Shown: one piece after another, positions 1-9,256 of the stretch
Layout of the letters: each line of letters opens with the position of its first letter
Position numbering within the stretch: position 1 is the stretch's first letter
From: Candidatus Methylomirabilia bacterium
GTDB lineage: Bacteria > Methylomirabilota > Methylomirabilia > Rokubacteriales > CSP1-6
Direction of reading: 5' to 3'
DNA length: 64,000 nt
Assembly (NCBI GenBank): GCA_041497115.1
Contig: JBGQFW010000002.1
Span: 20,476 to 84,475 of the forward strand
Made by a program: the position numbers and the translations under genes
The notes under the pieces: generated by a model
The model's input: only the letters and a program-made list of their open reading frames with translations
Told to the model about the DNA's origin: nothing
Database searches by the model: none

Positions 1-336
1 CGGCTCGACCGCGAGCGCCGGCGCTTCGACCTGATCGTGCTCGATCCGCCGCCGTTCGCCCGCGGCCGCACCGCGCTCGCAGCCGCACTGCGCGGCTACA
101 AGGAGATCAACCTGCGCGCCCTGCGCCTCCTGGCACCCGGCGCCCGCCTGGCGACCTTCTCCTGCTCCCACCACGTGGACGAGAGCACCTTCGAGGCCAC
201 CTGCCGCGAGGCCGCGATCGACGCCGGCGTCCGCCTGCGCCTCCTGGACCGCCTGAGCCAGGCCGCCGACCACCCGGTCCTCCTGACCGTCCCCGAGACC
301 CGCTACCTCAAGGGCTTCCTCCTCGAGGCGCTCTGA
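1..336 (+). CDS. Class I SAM-dependent rRNA methyltransferase, C-terminal fragment (RlmI/YccW-like); 5' end lies outside the window
   Basis: Frame 1 is open from base 1. It reads RLDRERRRFDLIVLDPPPFA...YKEINLRALRLL...FSCSHHV...PETRYLKGFLLEAL, which is typical of the C-terminal MTase end of RlmI-type enzymes. Confidence 0.6.
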   Translation, partial: RLDRERRRFDLIVLDPPPFARGRTALAAALRGYKEINLRALRLLAPGARLATFSCSHHVDESTFEATCREAAIDAGVRLRLLDRLSQAADHPVLLTVPETRYLKGFLLEAL

Positions 337-364
337 CCGGGACGGTGGCGCGCCCCCGCGCGCG

Positions 365-1408
365 CTACCAGTCGCGGGTCTCGCCGTGCTTGAACACCCA
401 GATGGTGTCGAGGTCGAGCCGGAGCCGGCGCGCCTCGGCGAGCAGGCGCCGGGGGGGCTCGTCGAGCGGCTCCGCGGCGAGATCGAACGTGCCCCAGTGC
501 ATGGCGAAGAAGCGGCGCGCGCGGACGTCGCGGAAGATCAGCAGCGACCCCTCGGGCGTCGTGTGGGTGTGCTGCATGATCACCGCCGGCTCGTAGGCGC
601 CGATCGAGATGGCGGCGAGGTCGAACGGTCCCAGGCGGGCGCCGATCTCCTGGAAGTCCGGCGCATAGTAGCCGGTGTCGCCGGCGAAGAACGCCCGGCG
701 CGCGCGGCCGGCGATCACCCAGCCGCTCCACAGCCGGCGGTTCATCTCGAAGGGCGAGCGGGCCGTCCAGTGCTGGGCGGGCACGCAGGTCAGCGTGAGC
801 CCCCGCTCGGTGCGGCTCTCCCACCAGTCCAGCTCCACCACGTCGGTGATGCCCAGCTCGGCGAACCAGCCCTTGAGCCCGAGCGGGACGTAGAAGCGCG
901 GGCGGTACGCCGCCGCCAGCCGCATCACGGTGGCCACGTCGAGGTGGTCGAAGTGATCGTGCGAGATCAGCACCACGTCGATCGGCGGCAGGTCCTCGAG
1001 CGCCACGCCGGGCGCCGTCACCCGCCGGGGGCCGGCGAAGGCGACGGGGCTCGCGCGCTCCGACCACTGGGGATCGGTCAGGACGTTCACGCCGTCGAGC
1101 TGGATCAGCAGGGTGGCGTGGCCGATCCACGTCACGGTCGGCGCGGCGTGGTTGGCGCGCAGGGCGGCGCCGTCGTTGGCCACCCGGGGCAGGCTCGCCG
1201 TGCGCGGCGCGAACGTCGTCGCCCACATGCGGGAGAGGAAGAACGTCGTGCGCGTCCAGAACGGCGGGCGCGTGAACGCCGGGTTCGCGTTGGCGAAGCC
1301 GTACTCGCGATGGTGGGCGGGAGCGCCGGGGACGGGGCCGCCGACGCCGGTGCAGCCTCCGAGGACGAGCAGCGCGCCGAGCGCGCCGACGAGCGACGGA
1401 ACGGTCAG
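365..1408 (-). CDS. MBL-fold metallo-hydrolase lipoprotein (NAPE-PLD / Lactamase_B_2-like)
   Basis: Signal peptide with lipobox (LVLGGC). TWIGHATLLIQLDGVNVLTDP and the HxHxDH motif (ISHDHFDHLD). No ATG/GTG/TTG lies near the N-terminus. The only plausible start is CTG at 1406-1408, in a CTGA overlap with the kinase stop and preceded by GGAGAGGG. Confidence 0.75.
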   Translation of the reverse strand: MTVPSLVGALGALLVLGGCTGVGGPVPGAPAHHREYGFANANPAFTRPPFWTRTTFFLSRMWATTFAPRTASLPRVANDGAALRANHAAPTVTWIGHATLLIQLDGVNVLTDPQWSERASPVAFAGPRRVTAPGVALEDLPPIDVVLISHDHFDHLDVATVMRLAAAYRPRFYVPLGLKGWFAELGITDVVELDWWESRTERGLTLTCVPAQHWTARSPFEMNRRLWSGWVIAGRARRAFFAGDTGYYAPDFQEIGARLGPFDLAAISIGAYEPAVIMQHTHTTPEGSLLIFRDVRARRFFAMHWGTFDLAAEPLDEPPRRLLAEARRLRLDLDTIWVFKHGETRDW

Positions 1409-2661
1409 GAACCCTCTCCGACCGGCAGCTCGACCGTGAAGACCGCGCCGCGCCGATCGGTCCGGTTCTCGGCCCGCAGCGTGCCCTTGTGCTCGGCCAC
1501 GATGCCGTAGGAGACCGAGAGGCCGAGGCCGCTGCCCTCGCCGGGAGGCTTGGTCGTGAAGAACGGGTCGAACAACCGCGGCAGGGCGTCGGGCGCGATG
1601 CCGGGCCCGGTGTCGACCACCTCGAGCGCGACGACCGCGCCCACCTGGCGCACGCGGACGATCACCAGCCGCTCGTCCTCCTGGCGGGCCATCGCCTGGT
1701 GCGCGTTCTGCACGAGGTTGAGGATGACCTGCTGGATCTGGTTCTCGTCGGCCCACACCGGCGGGCACGGCTCGAACTCGGTCGTGACCGCGACCTTGTC
1801 GCGTTCGAGCTGGTAGGCCTTGAGCTCCAGCACACGCCGGGCCTGCTCGGCCAGCGAGCACGGCCGCCGCTCGGGCGGATAGTGGCGCGAGAACAACAGG
1901 AGGTTCTGCACGATGCGGGCGGCCCGCGAGGCCTCGTCGCCGATGATCGCCAGGCGCTCGCGCACGTACGGCGAGGCGTCCGAGCGGTCGAGCAGCAGCT
2001 GGGCCTGGCCGAGGATCGTGGTCAAGGGGTTGTTGATCTCGTGGGCGACGCCGGAGGCGAGCTCGCCGACGGCCGAGAGCTTCTCGGCGTGGACGAGCTG
2101 GGCCTGCGTGCGGCGCAGCTCCTCGAGCTGCCGGGCCGTCTCCGAGTACAGCCGGGCGTTGTCGAGCGCGATGCCGATCTGGTCGGCGGTGGCCTCCACC
2201 AGCGCCACCTCGCGGTCGGCGAAGGTGGCGCGCGTCTGCCGGCCCAGCGACAGCGTGCCCAGGATGCGGCCGCGGCTGTGGATCGGCACGCACACGAACC
2301 CCTTGATGGCGTCCCGGCGGACCGCCTGCTTGGCCGTCGGCAGCAGGTCGGGCGACTCGGTGACGTTGCGGAAGGTGGCGGTCCGGCCGGTCGCCGCCAC
2401 CTGGCCGATGAGGCCGCGGCCGATCGTCAGGACCCGGTTCACCTCGCGCAGCTCCTCCGACAGGCCGCGGTCGCCGCGCAGGTGCAGCGACTGACCATCC
2501 TCGGAGAGCAGGTGCAGGCTGGCGATCTCGTGGCCGGTGACGTGGGTGAGCGCGTCGAGCGCGGTGCGGATGACTTCCTCGACGTCGAGCGAGCGGCTGA
2601 CCGTCTCGGCGACGGCGTGGAGGATCTCGAGGTGGCGTTCGGAGTCCGCCCGCTCGCTCAT
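1405..2661 (-). CDS. GAF-domain sensor histidine kinase
   Basis: N-terminal GAF-like region, a HisKA H-box (ELASGVAHEINNPL), and HATPase N/G boxes (VILNLVQNA, DTGPGI, GSGLGLS). Confidence 0.9.
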   Translation of the reverse strand: MSERADSERHLEILHAVAETVSRSLDVEEVIRTALDALTHVTGHEIASLHLLSEDGQSLHLRGDRGLSEELREVNRVLTIGRGLIGQVAATGRTATFRNVTESPDLLPTAKQAVRRDAIKGFVCVPIHSRGRILGTLSLGRQTRATFADREVALVEATADQIGIALDNARLYSETARQLEELRRTQAQLVHAEKLSAVGELASGVAHEINNPLTTILGQAQLLLDRSDASPYVRERLAIIGDEASRAARIVQNLLLFSRHYPPERRPCSLAEQARRVLELKAYQLERDKVAVTTEFEPCPPVWADENQIQQVILNLVQNAHQAMARQEDERLVIVRVRQVGAVVALEVVDTGPGIAPDALPRLFDPFFTTKPPGEGSGLGLSVSYGIVAEHKGTLRAENRTDRRGAVFTVELPVGEGS

Positions 2662-3665
2662 CCCCCCAACCCCATCCCGCCCGGTATTCTAGCATCGCCG
2701 TCGCGGCCGACGAGGTCGCCGACGATCTCGGCGAACCGCGTCACGATGCGCGGCTCCCAGGCGCCCGCGTCGGCCTCGGCCCGCAGGATGGTCAGTGCCT
2801 CGGTGACCGGCAGCGCCGGCTTGTAGGGGCGCGCCGTGTGCAGCGCGTCGAAGACGTCCACCACCGCCATGATCCGGGCGCCGAACGGGATCGCCTCACC
2901 GGCGAGACGATCGGGATAGCCCGAGCCGTCCCAGCGCTCGTGGTGATGGCGCACGATCGGCCGCACGGCGTCGAGGGTGTGCAGCCCCCGCACGAGATCG
3001 GCGCCCGCCCCCGGGTGCAGGCGGACCCTGGCGCGCTCGTCGGGCGTCAGCGGGCCGGGCTTGAGCAGCACGGCGTCGGGAACGGTGATCTTGCCGAGAT
3101 CGTGCAGGTAGCCGCCGAGGCGGAGCGCGCGCAGCAGCGGCTCGTCGGCGCCGAGCGCCCGGCCGAGCGCCACGCCGTAGGCGGCCAGCCGCTCGCAGTG
3201 GCCGCCGGTGTAGACGTCGCGCGCCTCGATGGTGGCCCCGAGCGTGACGATGACGCCCTCCGCCCGCTCGAGCTGGTCCAGCAGCGCCTTGACGCGCAGC
3301 AGGGCGGAGAGGCGCGTGCTGAGCTCGACGAGCTCGAAGGGCTTGCCGAAAAAGTCGTCGGCGCCGGCGGCCAGCCCGGCCACGCGGGCGTCGAGGTCGG
3401 TCACTGCGGTGACGATGACGATCGGGGTCAGCGCGAAGCGCGGGTCGGCCTTGAGGCGGGCGGTGAGCTCGACACCGCTCATCCCATCCATGTGCACGTC
3501 GGTGAGGATGAGATCGGGCGCCGCGGCCTCGGCCAGCGCCAGCGCCTGCTCGGCGGACGCGGCGGCCCGCACGGCGTAGCCGAGGCTGACGAGCTGGTCC
3601 ACGAGCAGTTCGCGGACCTCCGGCTCGTCCTCCACCACCAGGATCCTGGCGCCGCTCACGGCCAT
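2658..3665 (-). CDS. Response regulator with HD-GYP domain (RpfG-like cyclic-di-GMP phosphodiesterase)
   Basis: REC domain (ILVVEDEP, LILTDVHMDGMSG, KPF) followed by HD-GYP (YLHDLGK, HHERWDGSGYP, DVFDAL). ATGA overlap with the downstream kinase. Confidence 0.9.
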   Translation of the reverse strand: MAVSGARILVVEDEPEVRELLVDQLVSLGYAVRAAASAEQALALAEAAAPDLILTDVHMDGMSGVELTARLKADPRFALTPIVIVTAVTDLDARVAGLAAGADDFFGKPFELVELSTRLSALLRVKALLDQLERAEGVIVTLGATIEARDVYTGGHCERLAAYGVALGRALGADEPLLRALRLGGYLHDLGKITVPDAVLLKPGPLTPDERARVRLHPGAGADLVRGLHTLDAVRPIVRHHHERWDGSGYPDRLAGEAIPFGARIMAVVDVFDALHTARPYKPALPVTEALTILRAEADAGAWEPRIVTRFAEIVGDLVGRDGDARIPGGMGLGG

Positions 3666-3674
3666 GGGCGTCCT

Positions 3675-3694
3675 CGGCCCGGGCGCCCGGGCCG
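3675..3694 (-). terminator. Perfect 20-nt GC palindrome downstream of alaS (hairpin, no U tract)
   Basis: cggcccgggcgcccgggccg equals its own reverse complement. It lies between the alaS stop (3708) and the regulator start (3665). Confidence 0.35.
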
Positions 3695-3707
3695 GCGGTC
3701 GTCCGGC

Positions 3708-6380
3708 TTACGCGCCGGTGCGGGCGACGGCGTCATAGACACCGTCGAGCGCGGCGTCGAGCTTGGCGGGTTCCTTGCCGCCGGCCTGGGCGAGATCGGG
3801 ACGGCCGCCGCCGCCGCCGCCGACGGCGCGGGCCGCCTCCTGTACGAGCTTGCCGGCGTGGAAGCGCCGGGTCAGGTCCTTCGTCACCGCGGCGACGAGA
3901 TTCACCTTGCCGTCCGCGACGCTGCCGACCAGCACGATGCCGGAGCCGAGACGGTCGCGCAGGCGGTCGGCGACCGCGCGCAGGCCGTCGGCATCGAGGC
4001 CGTCGATGCGTCCCGTCACAACCGCGACCCCGTTGACCTGCCGGGCGCCGGCGACCAGCTCGTCGGCCCGGGAGCGCGCGACCCGGCCCTCCAGCTCCGC
4101 CAGCTGCTTGGCGAGCGCCCGCTGCTCCTCGAGCAGCTTGCGCAGCCGGGCCGGCGCCTCCGGCGGCGCGATCTTGAGGATGTCGCCGATCTCGCGCAGC
4201 ACGCGCTCCTGGCGGGCCACCGCCTCCACCGCCGCCGTGCCCGCCACCGCCTCGATGCGACGCACGCCCGCGGCCACCGCGCCCTCGGTGCCCACCTTGA
4301 AGAAGCCGATCTGCCCGGTGGCGTCGAGGTGGGTGCCGCCGCACAGCTCGGTCGAGAAGTCGCCGATCTTCACGACGCGCACGCGGTCGCCGTACTTCTC
4401 GCCGAACAGCGCCATGGCGCCGGCGGCGAGCGCCTCCTTGAGATCCATCACCTGGTGGGTGACCGGGGTGTTGGCCTGGACCTGCTCGTTGACCAGCTCC
4501 TCGATCTGCTCGACCTCGCGGTCCTTCACGCCGCTTCCGTGGGAGAAGTCGAAGCGCAGGTGGTCGGGCGCCACCAGCGAGCCGGCCTGGGCGACGTGCG
4601 TGCCGAGCACCCGGCGCAGCGCGGCGTGCAGCAGATGGGTGCCGGTGTGGTGCTGGCGCAGCCCCATCCGGCGCGGCGACTCCACCGCCACCGCCACGTC
4701 CTCGTTCTCGTGGAAGCCGCCCGCCCGCACCTGCACGCGGTGGACGATGAGCTTGTTGCCGCGGTAGTAGGTGTCCACGATGTCGCCGCGCCCCTGCCGG
4801 CCGACGAGCGTGCCGGTGTCGCCCACCTGCCCGCCCGATTCGGCGTAGGCGGGGGTGCGATCGAGGATCACCTCGACCTCGTCGCCCTCACCCGCCTCGC
4901 GCACGCGCTCGGCGCCGCGCACCAGCGCCAGCACGCGGGCCGGCGTCGTGAGCGACTGGTAGCCGACGAACTCGACCGGCGGGATCTCGGCACCGAGCCG
5001 CTGGTAGACGGCGGCGCTCTCGCCCTCCTCGCCCGCGGCGAACGCCGCCCCCGCCCGCGCCCGGTCGCGCTGCGCCTCCATCTCCTCGGTCCACGCCCGC
5101 TCGGTGGCCTCGCCGACCGCCCAGCCGCGCTCGCGCAGCACGTCCTCGGCGAGGTCGCGCGGGAAGCCGTAGGTGTCGTAGAGGGTGAACAGGAAGCGCC
5201 CGTCCACGGCGCGGCCCCGCCCCTCCCCCTCGGCGGCCAGGTAGTCGTCGATGCGCCGCATGCCGCTGTCGAGCGTCTCGGCGAAGCGCTCCTCCTCGGC
5301 GCGGACGCTCTCCTCGATGCGCGCGCGCTCGGCGACGAGCTCCGGATAGGCGCGGCCCATGACGTCGCCGACCCAGCCCACCGTCTTCCAGAGGAAGGGC
5401 TCGGTGAGGCCGAGCAACCGGCCGTGGCGCATCGCCCGCCGCATGATCCGCCGCAGCACGTAGCCCCGCCACTCGTTGGACGGCGTCACACCGTCGGCGA
5501 TCAGGAACGTGGCGGTGCGGCCGTGGTCGGCGATGACGCGCATCGAGACGTCATCGTCTTCCCGCGCCCCGTAGGGCCGGGTGGCCAGCCCGCTCACCCG
5601 GGCGATAAGCGGCGCGAAGAGGTCGGTGTCCCAGCTCGACAGCTTGCCCTGCATGACGGCGGCGATCCGCTCCAGCCCCATGCCGGTGTCGATCGAGGGC
5701 CGCGGCAACGGGGTCAGCGTCCCGCCGGCGTCGCGGTTGAACTGCATGAACACGAGGTTCCACACCTCGAGCCAGCGGTCGCACTCGCAGGCCACCCCCT
5801 GGCAGGGCCGGCCCGCCGCCACCTCGGCGCACGGCAGGTGATCGCCCTGGTGGACGTGCAGCTCCGAGCACGGGCCGCAGGGACCGGTGTCGCCCATCGC
5901 CCAGAAGTTGTCCTTCTCGCCCAATCTCAGGATCCGGTCGTCGCTCAGCCCGGCGACCTTCTTCCATAGCCCGAACGCGTCGTTGTCGTCGGTAAAGACG
6001 GTGGCCATCAGCCGGCGGCGATCGATGGCGAGGTCCCGGGTGAAGAACTCCCACGCGAAGGCGATCGCCTCGGCCTTGAAGTAGTCGCCGAAGGAGAAGT
6101 TGCCGAGCATCTCGAAGAACGTGTGGTGGCGGGCGGTGTGCCCGACATTTTCGAGATCGTTGTGCTTGCCGCCCGCCCGCACGCACTTCTGGCAGGTCGT
6201 GGCCCGCACGTAGTCGCGCCGCTCCTCGCCGAGGAAGACGCGCTTGAACTGCACCATCCCGGCGTTGGTGAAGAGCAGCGTCGGGTCGTCGGCAGGGACC
6301 AGCGGCGCCGACCGTACGCGAGTATGGCCGTTGAGCTCAAAGTAGCGGAGGAAGGCTTCGCGGATTTCGCCGCCCGTCAT
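3708..6380 (-). CDS. alaS: Alanine--tRNA ligase
   Basis: 890 aa. N-terminus MTGGEIREAFLRYFELNGHTRVRSAPLVP, FTNAGM, the editing domain HTGTHLLHAALR, and a C-terminal DHHA1-like GGGGGRPDLAQAGG. Confidence 0.97.
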   Translation of the reverse strand: MTGGEIREAFLRYFELNGHTRVRSAPLVPADDPTLLFTNAGMVQFKRVFLGEERRDYVRATTCQKCVRAGGKHNDLENVGHTARHHTFFEMLGNFSFGDYFKAEAIAFAWEFFTRDLAIDRRRLMATVFTDDNDAFGLWKKVAGLSDDRILRLGEKDNFWAMGDTGPCGPCSELHVHQGDHLPCAEVAAGRPCQGVACECDRWLEVWNLVFMQFNRDAGGTLTPLPRPSIDTGMGLERIAAVMQGKLSSWDTDLFAPLIARVSGLATRPYGAREDDDVSMRVIADHGRTATFLIADGVTPSNEWRGYVLRRIMRRAMRHGRLLGLTEPFLWKTVGWVGDVMGRAYPELVAERARIEESVRAEEERFAETLDSGMRRIDDYLAAEGEGRGRAVDGRFLFTLYDTYGFPRDLAEDVLRERGWAVGEATERAWTEEMEAQRDRARAGAAFAAGEEGESAAVYQRLGAEIPPVEFVGYQSLTTPARVLALVRGAERVREAGEGDEVEVILDRTPAYAESGGQVGDTGTLVGRQGRGDIVDTYYRGNKLIVHRVQVRAGGFHENEDVAVAVESPRRMGLRQHHTGTHLLHAALRRVLGTHVAQAGSLVAPDHLRFDFSHGSGVKDREVEQIEELVNEQVQANTPVTHQVMDLKEALAAGAMALFGEKYGDRVRVVKIGDFSTELCGGTHLDATGQIGFFKVGTEGAVAAGVRRIEAVAGTAAVEAVARQERVLREIGDILKIAPPEAPARLRKLLEEQRALAKQLAELEGRVARSRADELVAGARQVNGVAVVTGRIDGLDADGLRAVADRLRDRLGSGIVLVGSVADGKVNLVAAVTKDLTRRFHAGKLVQEAARAVGGGGGGRPDLAQAGGKEPAKLDAALDGVYDAVARTGA

Positions 6381-6419
6381 GAGGGAGTCATTCTACCATC
6401 CGACGCGGAGGGCTCGGCC

Positions 6420-6971
6420 ATGCCGACCGCCGGGGAGTACGCGACGCAGCCGCTCTCGACCCAGCTCGCGCGGCTCGCCGCCACCGCCGACGACCTCGCC
6501 GCCGCGACGGCGGGGCGCGGCGCCGCCGAGCTCGCCCGCCGGCCGGCGCCGGCGGCGTGGGCGGCCGTCGAGATCGTCTGCCACCTGCGGGACATCGAGG
6601 AGCTGGTCATGCTGCGCTTCCGCATGATGCTCGCGATGGACGAGCCGCGGCTCATCGTGGCCGGCGACATGCCGCATCCGCCCCAGGCGTGGGGGCTCGG
6701 GCCGGGCGACGGGCCGCCGGTGGATCCGGTCCGGTGGGCGGAGGAGCGCCAGTACCTCGTCAACGAGCCGCGCGGAGCGCTGGCGGCGTTTCGCCGGCGG
6801 CGCGCGGAGACGCTCGCGCTGCTCGGGCGGCTCACCGCCGAGCAGTGGCGGCGCGGCGCGCTCCATCCCAGCCGCGGCCGCGTCACCTTCGCCGAGTGGC
6901 CCGCGCTCATGGCCGGCCACGACGACAACCATCTCGACCAGCTCCGCCGCGCGCTGGCCGGGCGCGCCTGA
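6420..6971 (+). CDS. DinB-family (DinB_2 / four-helix-bundle metal-dependent) protein
   Basis: ATG at 6420, in frame with track ORF 6123..6971. Spaced His residues (EIVCHLRD ... GHDDNHLDQL) are typical of the DinB superfamily. Upstream of 6420 the frame is antisense to alaS. Confidence 0.8.
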   Translation: MPTAGEYATQPLSTQLARLAATADDLAAATAGRGAAELARRPAPAAWAAVEIVCHLRDIEELVMLRFRMMLAMDEPRLIVAGDMPHPPQAWGLGPGDGPPVDPVRWAEERQYLVNEPRGALAAFRRRRAETLALLGRLTAEQWRRGALHPSRGRVTFAEWPALMAGHDDNHLDQLRRALAGRA

Positions 6972-6976
6972 GCGGC

Positions 6977-7477
6977 TCAGCCCTCCTCGCCGTCGGCCAG
7001 CGCGCGCACCGACTCGCGCACGACGCGGGCGACGACGCCGACCGCGAACCCGCGGCGCAGCAGGTGGTCGCGCAGGCGCCCCGCCGCCTTGACCGGCGCC
7101 GCGCGCGCCAGCGCCGGCAGCCGACGCCGCGCCAGGCGGCGGGCCTCCTCCAGCTGATCCTCGCCGCCCTCGATCGCGGTCAGCGCGGTCTCGATGAGCG
7201 GGCCGGCGACGCCGCGGGCGCGCAGCTCGGCGCGCAGGCGCGCGGCGCCGTAGCCACGGGGCGCGCGGGTGACAACCCACTGGCGGGCGAAGGCCGCGTC
7301 GTCGAGGTGGCCGCGCGCGACGAGATCGGCGACGACGCCGACGGCGACGTCAGGGGGAGCGCCGCGGCGACGGAGCCGGGCCGTGAGATCGGCCTGGGTC
7401 CACGCGTGGCGGGCGAGCAGGTCGCCGGCCGCCAGGCGGGCGGCCTTGGCGTCGAGGATCCGCCGCGACGCTCGGAT
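6977..7477 (-). CDS. recX: Recombination regulator RecX (start codon unresolved)
   Basis: My own translation of the minus strand directly after recA reads ...AARLAAGDLLARHAWTQADLTARLRRRGAPPDVAVGVVADLVARGHLDDAAFARQWVVTRAPRGYGAARLRAELRARGVAGPLIETAL...RLRDHLLRRGFAVGVVARVVRE...GEEG*. These are typical RecX helical repeats. The frame is open from 7489 and contains no ATG/GTG/TTG. The coordinates use ATC at 7477. CTG at 7435 is an alternative. Confidence 0.75.
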   Translation of the reverse strand: MRASRRILDAKAARLAAGDLLARHAWTQADLTARLRRRGAPPDVAVGVVADLVARGHLDDAAFARQWVVTRAPRGYGAARLRAELRARGVAGPLIETALTAIEGGEDQLEEARRLARRRLPALARAAPVKAAGRLRDHLLRRGFAVGVVARVVRESVRALADGEEG

Positions 7478-7484
7478 GGCGCGG

Positions 7485-8945
<1,461 letters not shown>

Positions 8946-9021
8946 GCGTGGGCTCCTTGTGTCGTGAGGGCGAGGGGCCCGGGATCGCTCGTCGTCGAGA
9001 AACGACGCCATGCACGCGAGC

Positions 9022-9051
9022 ATTCTAGGTGCGCGCGCACGAAGCCGTCAA
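9022..9051 (-). promoter_or_regulatory. Candidate sigma70-type recA promoter (TTGACG-18-TAGAAT) with an embedded 12-bp palindrome
   Basis: The minus strand reads TTGACGgcttcGTGCGCGCGCACcTAGAAT, about 75 nt upstream of the recA ATG. Confidence 0.45.
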
Positions 9052-9082
9052 TGTCCGAAAGCGCAGACAGTCGGCGCGACCC

Positions 9083-9256
9083 TCACGGCGACGTGCCGTT
9101 GTCCGAGCCTCCAGACTCGCTGGGCACAGCATTGGCGCTGGCCGGGTTGTCCCCGCAGTCCCAGGGCAACCGTGAGGCCTGGTCGGCCATCTGGGCCAGC
9201 GTGGCGCAGCCGCCCAGCGCGAGCGCGAGCAGCGACAGCAGCAGCCAACGGCTCAT
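9083..9256 (-). CDS. Small lipoprotein (57 aa), hypothetical
   Basis: MSRWLLLSLLALALGGC lipobox. The ATG is in an ATGA overlap with the CHAT gene stop. It is embedded in a longer spurious track ORF. Confidence 0.5.
   Translation of the reverse strand: MSRWLLLSLLALALGGCATLAQMADQASRLPWDCGDNPASANAVPSESGGSDNGTSP

Noticed and set aside
3675-3694. Calling the GC hairpins (3675, 22216, 25965) canonical intrinsic terminators.
   Set aside because: None is followed by a U tract. They are reported only as hairpins or possible terminators with low confidence. Perfect CG-rich palindromes also arise easily in this base composition.
2838-5969. Very long ORFs antisense to recognised genes: 2838..5969 (+), 9010..11406 (+), 17295..19994 (+), 21023..24688 (+), 27047..29056 (-), 39551..41497 (+), 46667..49228 (+), 49138..54543 (+, 1801 aa), 60946..63162 (+).
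   Set aside because: Their translations are Arg/Ala/Gly/Pro/His/Asp-rich low-information sequence. This is typical of non-coding frames in ~70% GC DNA, where stop codons are rare. In every case the opposite strand encodes a well-conserved protein (AlaS, CHAT, PilB, Mo-hydroxylase, NirA, FtsK, PolA, GlnE, LptD).
8946-9023. A 26-codon N-terminal extension of RecA (track start at 9023, [14 protein letters not shown]...).
   Set aside because: The extension covers the candidate -10/-35 promoter and has no RBS. The ATG at 8945 has AAGGAG at good spacing and yields the conserved RecA N-terminus.
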